Below are positions 52,008-64,000 of a stretch of DNA of 64,000 nucleotides, piece after piece. The notes beneath the pieces were generated by a model, which did no database searches, was not told the DNA's origin, and worked only from the letters and a program-made list of their open reading frames with translations. This stretch comes from Planctomycetota bacterium (lineage in GTDB: Bacteria > Planctomycetota > B15-G4). How positions within the stretch are numbered: position 1 is the first letter of the stretch; every line of letters starts with the position of its first letter. The translations under genes and the position numbers were made by a program. The stretch covers positions 204,659 to 268,658 of the forward strand of contig JBBQUR010000005.1 in NCBI GenBank assembly GCA_038212275.1. Direction: 5' to 3'.

Positions 52008-53618
52008 TCAGGGCGCCGCGTGCTGTCCCTGCGGTCCTCCATGGCGCGCCAGCAGGGCCAGCTCCGCCATGACCGCACCGATGCGCTCGGCCTGTGCCTC
52101 GGTGGTGCACGCGGGCGGCATCGCGTAGAGGACGTCGCCCAGCGGACGCAGCAGCACGCCGCGCGCGACGGCCTCGGCGCGCAGCCGCGGCGCGAGTGCG
52201 CTGAGGTAGCCGCCGGGCGTTGCGCCCGCGTCGGCCGGCCCCGGTGCGCCGCCGGGAGCCGTGTCGTGCGCGGGTGCGGCCTCCGTCGCGTTCAGCGTCA
52301 GCGCGACGATGCCGCCGCAGCGACGCACGTCCCGCACGGCGGACGCGCCCGCGCCCGCGCCCGCGCCCGAATCGGCGTGCTCGCCGCGCGGATCCGTGCG
52401 CAGGCGTGCTCGCAGCGCCAGCTCCAGCTTGCGTCCGATGCGGTCGAGCCGCGTCGGCGTGTCCTCGGCGAGACACACTCGCAGCGAGGCCAGCGCCACG
52501 GCGCACGCAATCGGGTGTGCCGTGAAGGAATGCCCGTGGAAGAAAGCCCGCGAGCGTTCGCGCGCCAGGAAGGCGGCGTAGAGTCGCTCGGTCACCAGCG
52601 TCGCGGCCAGCGGCATCAGGCCGCCGGTCAGGCCCTTCGCGAGGCACAGCACATCCGGCACGATGCCGGCCTTGCCGCACGCGAAGAGCGCGCCTGTCCG
52701 CCCGAAGCCGGTCATGACCTCGTCGGCGATGAGCGGCACGCCGGCCGCGTCGCACGCGGCGCGCATGCCGCGCAGCTCGGACTCGGCGTGCATCGCCATG
52801 CCGCCTGCGCCCTGCACCAGCGGCTCGACGATCACGCCCGCGGCGCGGTTCCCCAGCTCCGCCAGCGCTGCTGCCACGGCCGCTGCGCTGGGCGCGGCGC
52901 GCTTCACCGCGAAGAGCATGGGCGCGAAGGGCGTGAAGAACGGGTCCGGATCGCCGACGGCCATCGCGCCGAAGGTGTCGCCGTGATAAGCGCCCGTGAG
53001 CGCGACGAAGACGGTGCGCTGCGGCTGCCCCGCCAGCGTCCACGACCTGTAGCAGAGCTTGAGCGCGACCTCGACGGCCGTCGAGCCGTCGTCGGAATAG
53101 AAGACGCGCGTGAGCGGCGCCGGCGCCACGGCGGCGCCGGGCACCACGGCAAGCAGCGCCTCGGCCAGCGCGACGGCCGGCTCGTGCGTGGCGCCGGCGA
53201 AGAGCACGTGGTCCAGCGTCGCAGCCTGTGCGGACATCGCGGCGAGCAGCTCGGGCCGCGCGTGGCCGTGCAGGCAGGTCCACCACGACGAGATGGCATC
53301 GATGAGCTGCCGCCCGTCGGTCAGCGTGAGCACCGCATCGCGCGCCGAGGCGACAGGCAGCGGCGCGGCCTCCGTCGCGTGCTGCGTGTACGGGTGCCAG
53401 ACACAGCGCGCGTCGCGGGCGAGCAGATCGCTGCCGGCGCCGGTTGCACCGCCGGACGCGGCGGACGCGCCGGATGCGGCTGACGCGCCGGATGCGGCTG
53501 ACGCGCCGGATGCGCCGGATGCGCCGGACGTCGCGCCACCGGCCTGGTCACCGGCCTCGGGCGTCGTCGCGCCTGCCGGGACGGAGGCGGCCGCGGCAGG
53601 TGTCGGTGTCTCCGGCAT
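52008..53618 (-). CDS. bioA: Adenosylmethionine-8-amino-7-oxononanoate aminotransferase
   Basis: WHPYTQH, DAISSWW, GSTAVEVALK, YHGDT, IADEVMTGFGRTG, AKGLTGG, HGHSF. Confidence 0.95.
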   Translation of the reverse strand: MPETPTPAAAASVPAGATTPEAGDQAGGATSGASGASGASAASGASAASGASAASGGATGAGSDLLARDARCVWHPYTQHATEAAPLPVASARDAVLTLTDGRQLIDAISSWWTCLHGHARPELLAAMSAQAATLDHVLFAGATHEPAVALAEALLAVVPGAAVAPAPLTRVFYSDDGSTAVEVALKLCYRSWTLAGQPQRTVFVALTGAYHGDTFGAMAVGDPDPFFTPFAPMLFAVKRAAPSAAAVAAALAELGNRAAGVIVEPLVQGAGGMAMHAESELRGMRAACDAAGVPLIADEVMTGFGRTGALFACGKAGIVPDVLCLAKGLTGGLMPLAATLVTERLYAAFLARERSRAFFHGHSFTAHPIACAVALASLRVCLAEDTPTRLDRIGRKLELALRARLRTDPRGEHADSGAGAGAGASAVRDVRRCGGIVALTLNATEAAPAHDTAPGGAPGPADAGATPGGYLSALAPRLRAEAVARGVLLRPLGDVLYAMPPACTTEAQAERIGAVMAELALLARHGGPQGQHAAP

Positions 53619-53668
53619 GCGCCGCGATTCTAGCCGTGCGCGGCGAGGCAACGCCACGCTCCCGCGCT

Positions 53669-55699
53669 TCAGTCCGCCTGCAGGACCTCGGCCACCGGGT
53701 GGTGCTCGAGCCAGCTGTCCAGCGCCGCGCCGTCGAGCTGCTCCAGCAGCGGCAGCTCCAGCACGTGCAGAAGGCCGCTGCGACGCGCGAGCGTGTCGCG
53801 GTTGCTCGCGTGCGGCGCTCCCACCAGGATCAGCGCTCGCACGTCGATGCGGCGCGCGGACAGCGCCTCGAGCGTCAGCAGCGTGTGATTCAGCGTTCCC
53901 AGGCCCGAGCGCGCGACGAGCACGACAGGCAGCCCCGCGCGCGCGAGCAGGTCGGCCTGCGTGTGCCTCTCGTCGTAGGGCACGAGCAGCCCGCCGGCCA
54001 GCTCCACGACCAGCGTCCCCGGCGTGCGCTGCACGAGCTCCGCGAGACGCTGCTGCACGGCGGCGAGCTCGATGACGACGCCCGCCGCGGCAGCCGCCTG
54101 GTGCGGCGAGGCCGGCAGCGGCAGCGCATGCAGCGGCTCCACGAAGCTGGCGCGCGAAGCCAGCTCGCGCACGGTGTCCGTGTCGCTGTCGGAGCCGGTC
54201 TGGACGGGCTTCCAGTAGGTGGCTTCGGCCGCCGGATCGAGCAACGCGGCACGCAGCAGCAGCGCGGAGACCACCGTCTTGCCGACGCCCGTGTCCGTGC
54301 CGACGACGACGAGCGTCCCGGCACCCGCAGGCCGTGCGCTGGCCGCCGCCTGCGTGACGCCTGCAGGACGTGCGCCGGCCGCCGCCTGCGTGACGCCCGC
54401 AGGCCGGGCGCTGGCCGCCGCCTGCGTGACGCCCGCAGCGGAGAGGGCCGCAAGCAGGTGCGCGATGTCGGCTTCCGTGTGATCGGCGTGACAGACGAGG
54501 CGCAGCCGGGCCGTGCCCTGGGGGACGGTGGGCGGGCGCACGGCGCGCACGTCGAGGCCGGCCTTCTGCAGGCGCGCTGCGGCGGCGCTCGCGGCCGCGC
54601 TCTCGCCGAGAAGGATCGGCACGATGGCCGCTGGCGGGGTGACGCGCCTCGGTGTCGACGCGAAGGGCGGCGGCCCGGCCTGGACGGGCCACGGCGCGGT
54701 GGGGCCGGAATGCATCGCGGCCGGAGCGTGCGGCAGCCCCGCAGCGAGTTGCGCGACGCGGGCGGCGAGCCGGGTCCGCAGCGTGTCGCCCTCGGCGCCG
54801 CGCACGATGGCGATCGCGGCCAGGAGTCCGCCGCTCACGGCGGCGCCTGGCGCGGTCGTGAACACGAAGGAGCGCGCCCGGTGCACGAGCACCTCGCGCA
54901 GCGCCGCACTGCCGACGACGCACGCGCCCGAGACGCCCAGCGCCTTGCCGCCCGTGACGAGGCGCGCGGCAAGTCGGCCGCGCAGCTCCGGAGCGATCTG
55001 ACCCTGCGCGACGGCCTGCGCCCAGGCACCGGCGCCCGCCGGCCCGAGCACGCCGGCCGCGTGCGCCTCGTCCACGAGCAGCGAGGCGTCGTGGCGCGCA
55101 CACAGCGCGGCGAGTCCGGGCAGCGGCGCGAGGTCGCCGTCCATGGAGAAGACACCCTCGGTGAGCACCAGCCGCCGACGCGCTCCCGGCGCGCAGGTGA
55201 GCAGGGCAGACAGATGCTCGAGGTCGCCGTGCCGGTGCACCAGCACTTGCGCTCGCGAGAGTCGCGCCGCGTCGATGAGCGAGGCGTGCAGCAGCTCGTC
55301 GCAGAACAGGGCGTCGCCGCGGCCCGCGAGCGCGCCGACGAGGCCCAGGTTGGCCTGGTAGCCGGAGGGAAAGAGCAGCGCCGCTTCCGCGCCGAGCCAT
55401 GCCGCCACGGCGCCTTCGACGCGCTCGTCGAGGACGCATCCGCCGCCGAGCAGGCGCGAGGCGCGACCGCCCGCGCCGTGCTCCGCAATCGCCGCACGCG
55501 CGGCCTCCACGACGGCCGGATGCCGCGCGAGGCCCAGCACGTCATTGCTCGTGAAGTCGCGCCCGCGCGCCGCGGGATCGGACGGCGAGAGCGTGCGCCG
55601 CAGGCCGGCGGAGGCCCACTCGACCAGCTCGGCCCGAAGAGCCGCCTGAAGGCCCGGGACCTCGTCAGCTGGCGCGTGGCTCGCGCCGGAAGCGCTCAT
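53669..55699 (-). CDS. bioF-bioD: Fused 8-amino-7-oxononanoate synthase / dethiobiotin synthetase
   Basis: BioF: SNDVLGL, HASLID, FSMDGD, DEAH, TGGKALG, RPPTVP. BioD: GTDTGVGKT, WKPVQTG, ELAGG, LGTLNHT. Both lie in one uninterrupted frame. Confidence 0.92.
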   Translation of the reverse strand: MSASGASHAPADEVPGLQAALRAELVEWASAGLRRTLSPSDPAARGRDFTSNDVLGLARHPAVVEAARAAIAEHGAGGRASRLLGGGCVLDERVEGAVAAWLGAEAALLFPSGYQANLGLVGALAGRGDALFCDELLHASLIDAARLSRAQVLVHRHGDLEHLSALLTCAPGARRRLVLTEGVFSMDGDLAPLPGLAALCARHDASLLVDEAHAAGVLGPAGAGAWAQAVAQGQIAPELRGRLAARLVTGGKALGVSGACVVGSAALREVLVHRARSFVFTTAPGAAVSGGLLAAIAIVRGAEGDTLRTRLAARVAQLAAGLPHAPAAMHSGPTAPWPVQAGPPPFASTPRRVTPPAAIVPILLGESAAASAAAARLQKAGLDVRAVRPPTVPQGTARLRLVCHADHTEADIAHLLAALSAAGVTQAAASARPAGVTQAAAGARPAGVTQAAASARPAGAGTLVVVGTDTGVGKTVVSALLLRAALLDPAAEATYWKPVQTGSDSDTDTVRELASRASFVEPLHALPLPASPHQAAAAAGVVIELAAVQQRLAELVQRTPGTLVVELAGGLLVPYDERHTQADLLARAGLPVVLVARSGLGTLNHTLLTLEALSARRIDVRALILVGAPHASNRDTLARRSGLLHVLELPLLEQLDGAALDSWLEHHPVAEVLQAD
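54324..54438. repeat. 36-bp x3 in-frame repeat (GVTQAAASARPA) forming the BioF-BioD linker
   Basis: Read directly. Confidence 0.9.
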
Positions 55700-55700
55700 C

Positions 55701-56720
55701 TCAGCACGCGCGGACGGCCTTGAGGCCCAGCTTGGCCAGCAGGGCGGCGTCGCTCTCCGGCGCCGGATTGGGCGTCGTGAGCAGATGCTCGCCGACGAAG
55801 AAGGAGTTGGCGCCGGCGAGCAGGCACAGCGCCTGCGTGGCCTCGTCCATCTCGCGTCGGCCCGCAGAGAGGCGGATGACGGCGTCGGGCATGAGCAGGC
55901 GCGCGGCGGCGATGGTGCGCACGACCTCGGTCCAGTCCAGCGGCGGGACGTCCGCGAGCGGCGTGCCGGGCACGGGGACGAGCGTGTTGATGGGCACGCT
56001 CTCGGGCTGCGGAGAGAGCGATGCGAGCTGGTGCAGCAGCTCGGCGCGCGCCGGGCGCTGCTCGCCCAGGCCGAGGATGCCGCCCGAGCAGACGTGGATG
56101 CCCGCCTGGCGCACGGCGTCGAGCGTCGCAAGGCGCTGCTCGAGCGTGTGCGAGCCGATGACCTCCGCGAAGTGGCTCGCGCCGGTGTCGAGGTTGTGGT
56201 TGTAGTAGTCCAGCCCGGCCTCCTTGAGCCGCGCGGCCTGATGCGGCGCGAGCATGCCCAGCGTCACGCAGGCCTGCAGGCCCAGCGCCTTCACGCCGGA
56301 GACCATGTGCAGCACGGAGTCGAAGTCCGCGCCGTCCTTCACGGAGCGCCAGGCGGCGCCCATGCAGAAGCGGTCGGCGCCGGCGTCGCGCGCGGTGCGC
56401 GCCTCGGCCAGCACGGCCTCCACGTCGAGCAGCGGCTGGCGCTCGACGGCGGTGGTGCTGTGCGCGCTCTGTGCGCAGTAGCCGCAGTCTTCGGGGCAGC
56501 CGCCGGTCTTGATGGACAGCAGCTGGCTGCACTGCACGCGCGACGGGTCGTGGTGCGCGCGATGGACGGCCGCCGCGTCGAAGACGAGATCCAGCAGCGG
56601 GCGATCGAGCAGCGCGACGACCTCGGCGAGGCTCGGCGCGGGGACTGACCGTCCTGCCGCGGAGTGCTGTGCTGCGTTTCTGTCGGGCGCGACGCCGGCC
56701 GGTCTGGTCGTGGTGCTCAT
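55701..56720 (-). CDS. bioB: Biotin synthase
   Basis: [48 protein letters not shown]. Confidence 0.98.
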   Translation of the reverse strand: MSTTTRPAGVAPDRNAAQHSAAGRSVPAPSLAEVVALLDRPLLDLVFDAAAVHRAHHDPSRVQCSQLLSIKTGGCPEDCGYCAQSAHSTTAVERQPLLDVEAVLAEARTARDAGADRFCMGAAWRSVKDGADFDSVLHMVSGVKALGLQACVTLGMLAPHQAARLKEAGLDYYNHNLDTGASHFAEVIGSHTLEQRLATLDAVRQAGIHVCSGGILGLGEQRPARAELLHQLASLSPQPESVPINTLVPVPGTPLADVPPLDWTEVVRTIAAARLLMPDAVIRLSAGRREMDEATQALCLLAGANSFFVGEHLLTTPNPAPESDAALLAKLGLKAVRAC

Positions 56721-56869
56721 GGCGGCGGATTGTAGACCGCGGCACGTGCCGACGGCCAAGGAGATGACTCCGGTGTCCGACCGACCGCTGGCCGTCGCCC
56801 GATCGTCGTTGATCCGAGCGCCGGCAGGCCGCAGGATGTCGCCGCACCTCGCAGGTCACGCCCCACGAC

Positions 56870-57466
56870 ATGAGCAGCCATCATCCCGTGGAGCCGGCAC
56901 TGGACCCCGACGCAGGCTTTTCGTTCGCGGCGCATCACAAGGTGGCTTTCGGCGTGCTGTGCGCGGGCTTCGCGTGCATCTTCGCGCTGGCGTCGCTTGC
57001 GATGCTGCTGCACGCGCCGCTCATCTTCCCGTCCCTCGGTGCGACGGTCTTCCTGCTGCTCGCGGCCTGGCAGACGGAGGCAGCCAGCCCGCGCAACGTG
57101 CTCTGCGGCCACGCGATCGCCATCGTGTGCGGCTACCTCGCACTGCTCGCCACCGGACTCGTGGACGCTCCGCCGTCGGTGGTCACGGGCGTGAGCGGCG
57201 ATCGCGTCGTCGCCGCGGCGCTCTCGCTCGCCTTCACCGGCGGCCTCATGGTGATGTTCCACACGCCGCACGCGCCGGCCGGCGCCACGACGCTCATCGT
57301 GTCGCTCGGTCTGGTCGGCCAGCCGCTGTTTCCGAGGCTCTTCGTGGTGGAGGCCGCCGTCGCGCTGCTGGTGCTCATGGCCTTCGCCATCCATCGACTC
57401 CGCGGGCGCCGATATCCCGTGTGGAAACACGAGTTGCCGGTGGACGTGCCGGGGCGATCGCGATAG
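56870..57466 (+). CDS. HPP family membrane protein
   Basis: PSLGAT..LL, ASPRNVLCGH, HAPAGAT. Confidence 0.88.
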   Translation: MSSHHPVEPALDPDAGFSFAAHHKVAFGVLCAGFACIFALASLAMLLHAPLIFPSLGATVFLLLAAWQTEAASPRNVLCGHAIAIVCGYLALLATGLVDAPPSVVTGVSGDRVVAAALSLAFTGGLMVMFHTPHAPAGATTLIVSLGLVGQPLFPRLFVVEAAVALLVLMAFAIHRLRGRRYPVWKHELPVDVPGRSR

Positions 57467-57530
57467 GAAGGGGTGCTGCCGGTGCGCGCGAGCTGCGCGA
57501 CTCGCGTGGCGCCCCTCGGGAGAGTCGCCC

Positions 57531-59243
57531 ATGCCGTCACTGCCGTCCAGCGTGCATCCTTCGTGCGGGTCGGTCGCGTCCCGCGACCATGTTGCTGCCG
57601 GCGCCGGAGCCGGGCCCCGGTGGGCGACGCGCGGAGCGCCGCATGCGCTGAAGACCTTGGCGTGCTGTCTCGTCCTCTGCGCCGGCGGGCAGCTCGCCGC
57701 CCAGTGCGAGCTGGACAAGCTGCTGCCGGGCGGGCTGCTCGCCGAGGACCAGGCCGGCGCCGCCGTGTCGATGTACGGGATGGACCTGCTCATCGGCCGC
57801 CCGATGGCGGACGTGCCCGGTGTCGGCGCGGACGTCGGCATCGTGGCGACGTACTCGCGGCTCGATCCGGGCTGGGTGGAGCTGGCGCCTTTCGTCGCTC
57901 CCGCCAGCGCGGCGGGCGACCGCTTCGGTGCGGCGCTCGCGCTGATCAGCGAGCTGGCCGTCATCGGTGCGCCCGGCGCGGACCCGTCGGTGCAGGACGG
58001 CGGTGTCGCCTACGTGTACGAACGCGTCGGCGACGTCTGGTCGCTCGTCGCGCGGCTCGTGCCGCCAGGCCTGACGGCGGGCGCGGCCTTCGGCAGCTCG
58101 GTCTCGGCGTACGGGGAGACCCTCGTGATCGGAGCGCCCGGCGCCGACGCGAGCACGCAGGCCGGGGCCGGCGCGGCCTACGTGTATGAGAAGCGCACCG
58201 GATTGTGGGTGCTCGTGCGCCGGCTGGAGTCGCCCGCGCCGCGCGCGGGAGGCGCGTTCGGGTGCTCGGTGTCGACGGAAGGTCCCGTGATCGTCGTCGG
58301 CGCGCGGGGTGACGACGGGCTGCCGTCGGTGGGACCTGGCGCGGGCGCGGCCTACGTCTTCGAGCGCTACCCGGAGATCTGGGGCTTCAAGTCCGCGCTC
58401 TACGCCGCCAACGGAGCATCAGGCGACGGCTTCGGCAGTGCCGTGTCCAACTGGGGCGCCTTCGCGGCGGTGGGCTCGCCCGGGCACGACGCAGGCGGAA
58501 CGGATGCCGGCTCGGCGACGATGTTCCAGAAGCTCGGCAGCGGCTGGCCGGCCGTGAAGTCCTTTCACGCGACCGTCCCCGCGGCCGGCGCGGCGTTCGG
58601 AAGCTGCGTCAGCCTCTTCAAGGACCTGCTGGCGGTGGCGGCGCCGGGCGGCAGCGCGTCGGGAAGCGCGGCCGGCGAGGTGCAGATGTTCCAGAAGGTT
58701 CCCGGCAACTGGGTTCCGGGTCCCACGCTGTACGCGAGCGACGCGGTCGTTCACGACAACTATGGTTCGTGCGTCAGCGTGTGGGACGACTCGCTGCTCG
58801 TCGGCGCGCCGGGCGTCGATGACGTCGGCAGCAGCGCGGGCGCGGCGTACGTGGTGCAGCCTTACGGCGTGACCACCTGGGTCGATCTCGTCATCGGCGG
58901 CTCGGGTGCGCCGGGCGCGATGCACCTGAGCGGCTCGGGAGAGTTGTGCGGCGGCGACTCGATGAAGCTCACGCTGAAGGATGCATCGCCGGGCGCGCCG
59001 GTCGCCCTCATCGCGGGCGTGGCGCAGGTCGATCTGCCCTTCCACGGTGGGCTGCTCGTGCCGCGGCCCGACTTCGTCGTCGCCGGTCTGGTCACCGACG
59101 CGGCGGGCGGGATGGTGCTGCAGTCCTCCGTGCCCAGCGGCGTGCCGACGGCGCTCCAGCTCTTCGTGCAGGCCTGGGTCGCGGAGGGCGTCGGGCCCGG
59201 TGCCCTGGTCGGCAGCAATGCGGTGCTGGGCCTCACGCCGTGA
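57531..59243 (+). CDS. Secreted FG-GAP repeat protein with conserved C-terminal domain (start uncertain)
   Basis: Repeats GD.FG..VS.....VIGAP.......GAAYVYE; signal-like LACCLVLCAGGQLAA. Confidence 0.88.
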   Translation: MPSLPSSVHPSCGSVASRDHVAAGAGAGPRWATRGAPHALKTLACCLVLCAGGQLAAQCELDKLLPGGLLAEDQAGAAVSMYGMDLLIGRPMADVPGVGADVGIVATYSRLDPGWVELAPFVAPASAAGDRFGAALALISELAVIGAPGADPSVQDGGVAYVYERVGDVWSLVARLVPPGLTAGAAFGSSVSAYGETLVIGAPGADASTQAGAGAAYVYEKRTGLWVLVRRLESPAPRAGGAFGCSVSTEGPVIVVGARGDDGLPSVGPGAGAAYVFERYPEIWGFKSALYAANGASGDGFGSAVSNWGAFAAVGSPGHDAGGTDAGSATMFQKLGSGWPAVKSFHATVPAAGAAFGSCVSLFKDLLAVAAPGGSASGSAAGEVQMFQKVPGNWVPGPTLYASDAVVHDNYGSCVSVWDDSLLVGAPGVDDVGSSAGAAYVVQPYGVTTWVDLVIGGSGAPGAMHLSGSGELCGGDSMKLTLKDASPGAPVALIAGVAQVDLPFHGGLLVPRPDFVVAGLVTDAAGGMVLQSSVPSGVPTALQLFVQAWVAEGVGPGALVGSNAVLGLTP

Positions 59244-59318
59244 GCGTGCGCCGCAGCTGTGCGCCGGGGTCTTCCGCTCCGGCGAGGGCTCGGGCGCGGC
59301 CGGCGGTGACACGCAGCT

Positions 59319-60055
59319 TCAGCTGATCGACGCGTTGCGGTAGTCGCGATTCATCTCGGCGATGAACTTCACCGAGATCTCCTTCGGGCACACGGCTTCG
59401 CACTCGAGGTAGTTGCGGCAATTGCCGAAGGCTTCCTTGTCCATCGCGGACACCATGCCGAGCACGCGCTGCTCGCGCTCGGGCTGGCCCTGTGGCAGGT
59501 GCGCGAGGTGGCCGATCCTGGCGGACACGAAGAGCATCGCCGAGGCGTTCGGGCACATGGCGACGCACGCGCCGCAGCCGATGCACGCGGCGGCGTCCAT
59601 CGCGATGTCGGCCTCGACCTTGCCGATGGGCACGGCGTTGGCGTCGGGCGCGCCGCCCGTGTTCACCGAGATGAAGCCGCCCGCATGCAGGATGCGGTCG
59701 AAGGAGGTGCGGTCCACGCACAGGTCGCGCAACACCGGGAAGGCCTTCGCGCGGAAGGGTTCGATCGCGATCGTGTCGCCGTCCTTGTACTCGCGCATGT
59801 GGAGCTGGCAGGTCGTGGTGGCGCGGCGAGGTCCGTGCGCCACGCCGTTGATCACCAGCGAGCACGTGCCGCAGATGCCCTCGCGGCAGTCGTGATCGAA
59901 GGCGATGGGCTCCTTGCCCTGCTCGATGAGCCGCTCGTTGACCACGTCGAGCATCTCGAGGAAGGACATGTCGGGCGAGATGTCCTTCGCGTCGAAGGTC
60001 TCCATGCGACCCGCGTCGGCCGCGTTCTTCTGTCGCCACACGCGCAGGGTGAGGT

Positions 60056-60059
<4 letters not shown>
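59319..60059 (-). CDS. sdhB: Succinate dehydrogenase/fumarate reductase iron-sulfur subunit
   Basis: GTG start overlapping the sdhA stop; [39 protein letters not shown]. Confidence 0.95.
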
Positions 60060-61968
<1,909 letters not shown>

Positions 61969-61969
<1 letters not shown>

Positions 61970-62667
61970 CAGAAGGTCACTCCCGGGGGCAGCTTGACCA
62001 ACCCCAGCAGGCACGAGAAGGGAATGGCGATGTTGCCCGCCACGATGAGCACCGCGAGCGTCGGGCCGATGGAGGCGATGAGCTTGTTGTACTTGGGGTG
62101 ATTCCAGCCGAAGGTCTGGAAGATGCTCGTCGCGCCGTGGCGCAGGTGCAGCCCGAGCAGCACCATCGCCAGCGCGTAGGTCAGCGCGATGGGCCACTGC
62201 TGGAAGCTCGCGACGATCATCGAGTAGACGTCGTGCCGGCCCTGGGCGTCGAGGCGCCCCGAGAACTCCGGGTGCGCGATGCCCCACGTGAAGTGCGCGA
62301 GGTGGTAGAGCACGAAGGCCAGGATCATGAGGCCGGTCAGGAGCATGCTGCGGGCGCTGGTCGTGGACTGGACCCGGCCGCTCACCGCGTAGCGCTCGGG
62401 CCGCGCCGCACGGTTCTCGGCCGCGAGCTTGATCGCCAGCGTGATGTGCGCGGCGGCCAGCACGATGAGGCCGATGCGGGCGACCCACAGCAGGGGCCCC
62501 AGGTCGGCCAGCCCCTCGGCATACGCATTGAGCTGGTCGGGCCCAGCGTAGATCTGCAGATTTCCCAGCAGGTGCACGACCACGAAGCCCAGCAGCGCGA
62601 CGCCGGTCAGCGCCACGAGCAGCTTGCGGCCGATCGAGGATTGCAGCGATCGCAGCAGCCAGTTCAT
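61969..62667 (-). CDS. sdhC: Succinate dehydrogenase cytochrome b subunit (single 5-TM anchor type)
   Basis: [17 protein letters not shown], conserved His in the TM helices, HLRHG..S.FQTFG. Confidence 0.93.
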
Positions 62668-62866
62668 CAAGCGGTCCGTTCAGCGGTCGGGGAGGAGAGC
62701 GGCGGCGGTCAGCGGAAGCGCCAGTCGCCCGCCGGGATACGGAAGTCGTCAGACGATACCGTCCGCGGGGCGGCCATCCCAAGGCCGGTCTGTCCCGCGG
62801 CCGGCCCGCCAACGTCGGGCGTCATCCTTGGTCACCGCAGGGAGGCGTTCCCGTCGTGTGTCCTGA

Positions 62867-64000
62867 ATGGACATCGACGCTGTGGCTTTCGACTCGGCCC
62901 GCCGCCTGGCTGGCGAGCCGGCGACCTACAAGCCCCGCCGGCCCGAGGCCACGGTCCTCTACCAGGTGGTGGCGCGGCACCTGCACAGCCTTCTCCGCCT
63001 GAGCGATCAGGGCGACGGCCGTTGCCTGCCGGGCTTCGTGAGGCGCGAGCTGCTGGCGTTGCTCGACTGCGGCATTCTGGCGCGGGGTTTTCTGCGTGTG
63101 CGCTGTCCGCGCTGCCGGGATGAGTTGCTGGTGGCCTTCTCCTGCAAGGGCCGCGGCTTCTGCCCTTCGTGCGGCGGCCGTCGCATGGCCGACACCGCGG
63201 CTCATCTGGTGGACAGCGTGCTGCCGGCGGTACCGGTGCGGCAGTGGGTGCTGTCGCTGCCCTTCTCGTTGCGCTTCGCGGTGGCGTTTGACCGTGAGCT
63301 GTGCCGCGCCGTGCGCAAGGTGTTCATGGACACGGTGCTGGCGGAGCTGCGCCGCCGGGCGAAGCGACAGGGTGTGGCCGACGGTCGCTCAGGAGCGGTG
63401 GTCTGCGTGCAGCGCTTCGGCGGAGCGCTGAATCTCAATGTGCACTTCCACGCGCTCGTGCTGGACGGGGTGTTTCACCGGGAGCCGGGCACTGACCGCC
63501 CGGCCTTCCGCGCCGCGCGCCGGATGAGCGCGTCCGATCTGTCCGACGTGCTGCAAGCCGTGCGCGCCAGGATCCACGGCCTGCTGCGCCGGCGCGGTCT
63601 GCTGCCTGATGAGTCCTCTCCCGCGCTGACAGAGCTGGCGGAGTCATCGCCGATGCTGGCAGGGATACAGGCCTCCTCGATCCAGGGCCGGCGAGTGACG
63701 CGCATCGGCGGCATGCCGGGGGTGCCGTTCGTGCAGCGGACCGGCCCCGACTGTGCCGCCGATGACGGCTTCAGCCTTCACGCCGGTGTGTGCGTGCCGG
63801 GCGGGCCGCGGGAGAGAGAGCGCGAGCACCTCGAGCATCTGTGTCGGTACGTGGCGCGCCCGGCGCTCGCGGCCGAGCGTCTCTCGGAGCTGCCCGACGG
63901 CCGCATCGCGTACGACCTGCGCCGGTCGTGGTCGGACGGGACGAGCCGGATCGTGTTTGAGCCGCTGGCCTTCCTGGAGCGGCTTGCGGCGTTGGTGCCT
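62867..64000 (+). mobile_element. IS91/ISCR-family rolling-circle (HUH) transposase, 3'-truncated by window edge
   Basis: Not in the ORF track because there is no stop in the window. Translated by hand: YKPRRPEATVLY, CGILARGF, C..C, FSCKGRGFCPSC, RQWVLSLP, QRFGGALNLNVHFH (HUH), LCRYVARP. Confidence 0.93.

Noticed and set aside
52008..55439. 1143-aa ORF as a giant BioA or triple fusion
   Set aside because: The part upstream of 53618 is an off-frame read of bioF-bioD, which ends with its own stop at 53669

Overview
GC-rich (roughly 70%, by eye) bacterial chromosomal window. The gene content (FG-GAP proteins with a shared C-terminal domain, carboxypeptidase-regulatory-domain proteins, exported thioredoxins) suggests an uncultured Planctomycetota; this is inference only. 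About 45 genes are supported. They include an atypical cbb3-type (C-family) oxidase operon with maturation genes, cydAB, sdhCAB, a bioB-bioF/D fusion-bioA cluster followed by a CoA-transferase, gpmA, kup, bcp, mscS, an HtrA protease, an AAA+/vWA pair and an orphan DNA adenine MTase-rmuC-SRPBCC operon. There is also a large secreted beta-propeller/di-heme protein, an ABC/CPBP exporter, a decayed type I RM (hsdR) remnant and an IS91/ISCR-family transposase running off the right edge. The most notable unexplained signals are: (i) a ~206-nt rod-like structured RNA candidate (6S-like) at 1449-1654; (ii) a 121-aa C-terminal domain shared by two secreted FG-GAP proteins, a candidate lineage-specific sorting or anchoring domain; (iii) a 33-bp palindrome present twice; (iv) a cbb3 operon with an apparently split or replaced CcoP; and (v) pervasive short tandem-repeat expansions inside and between genes. 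No CRISPR array, rRNA or tRNA was seen. All calls come from motif reading by eye; no database searches were run.
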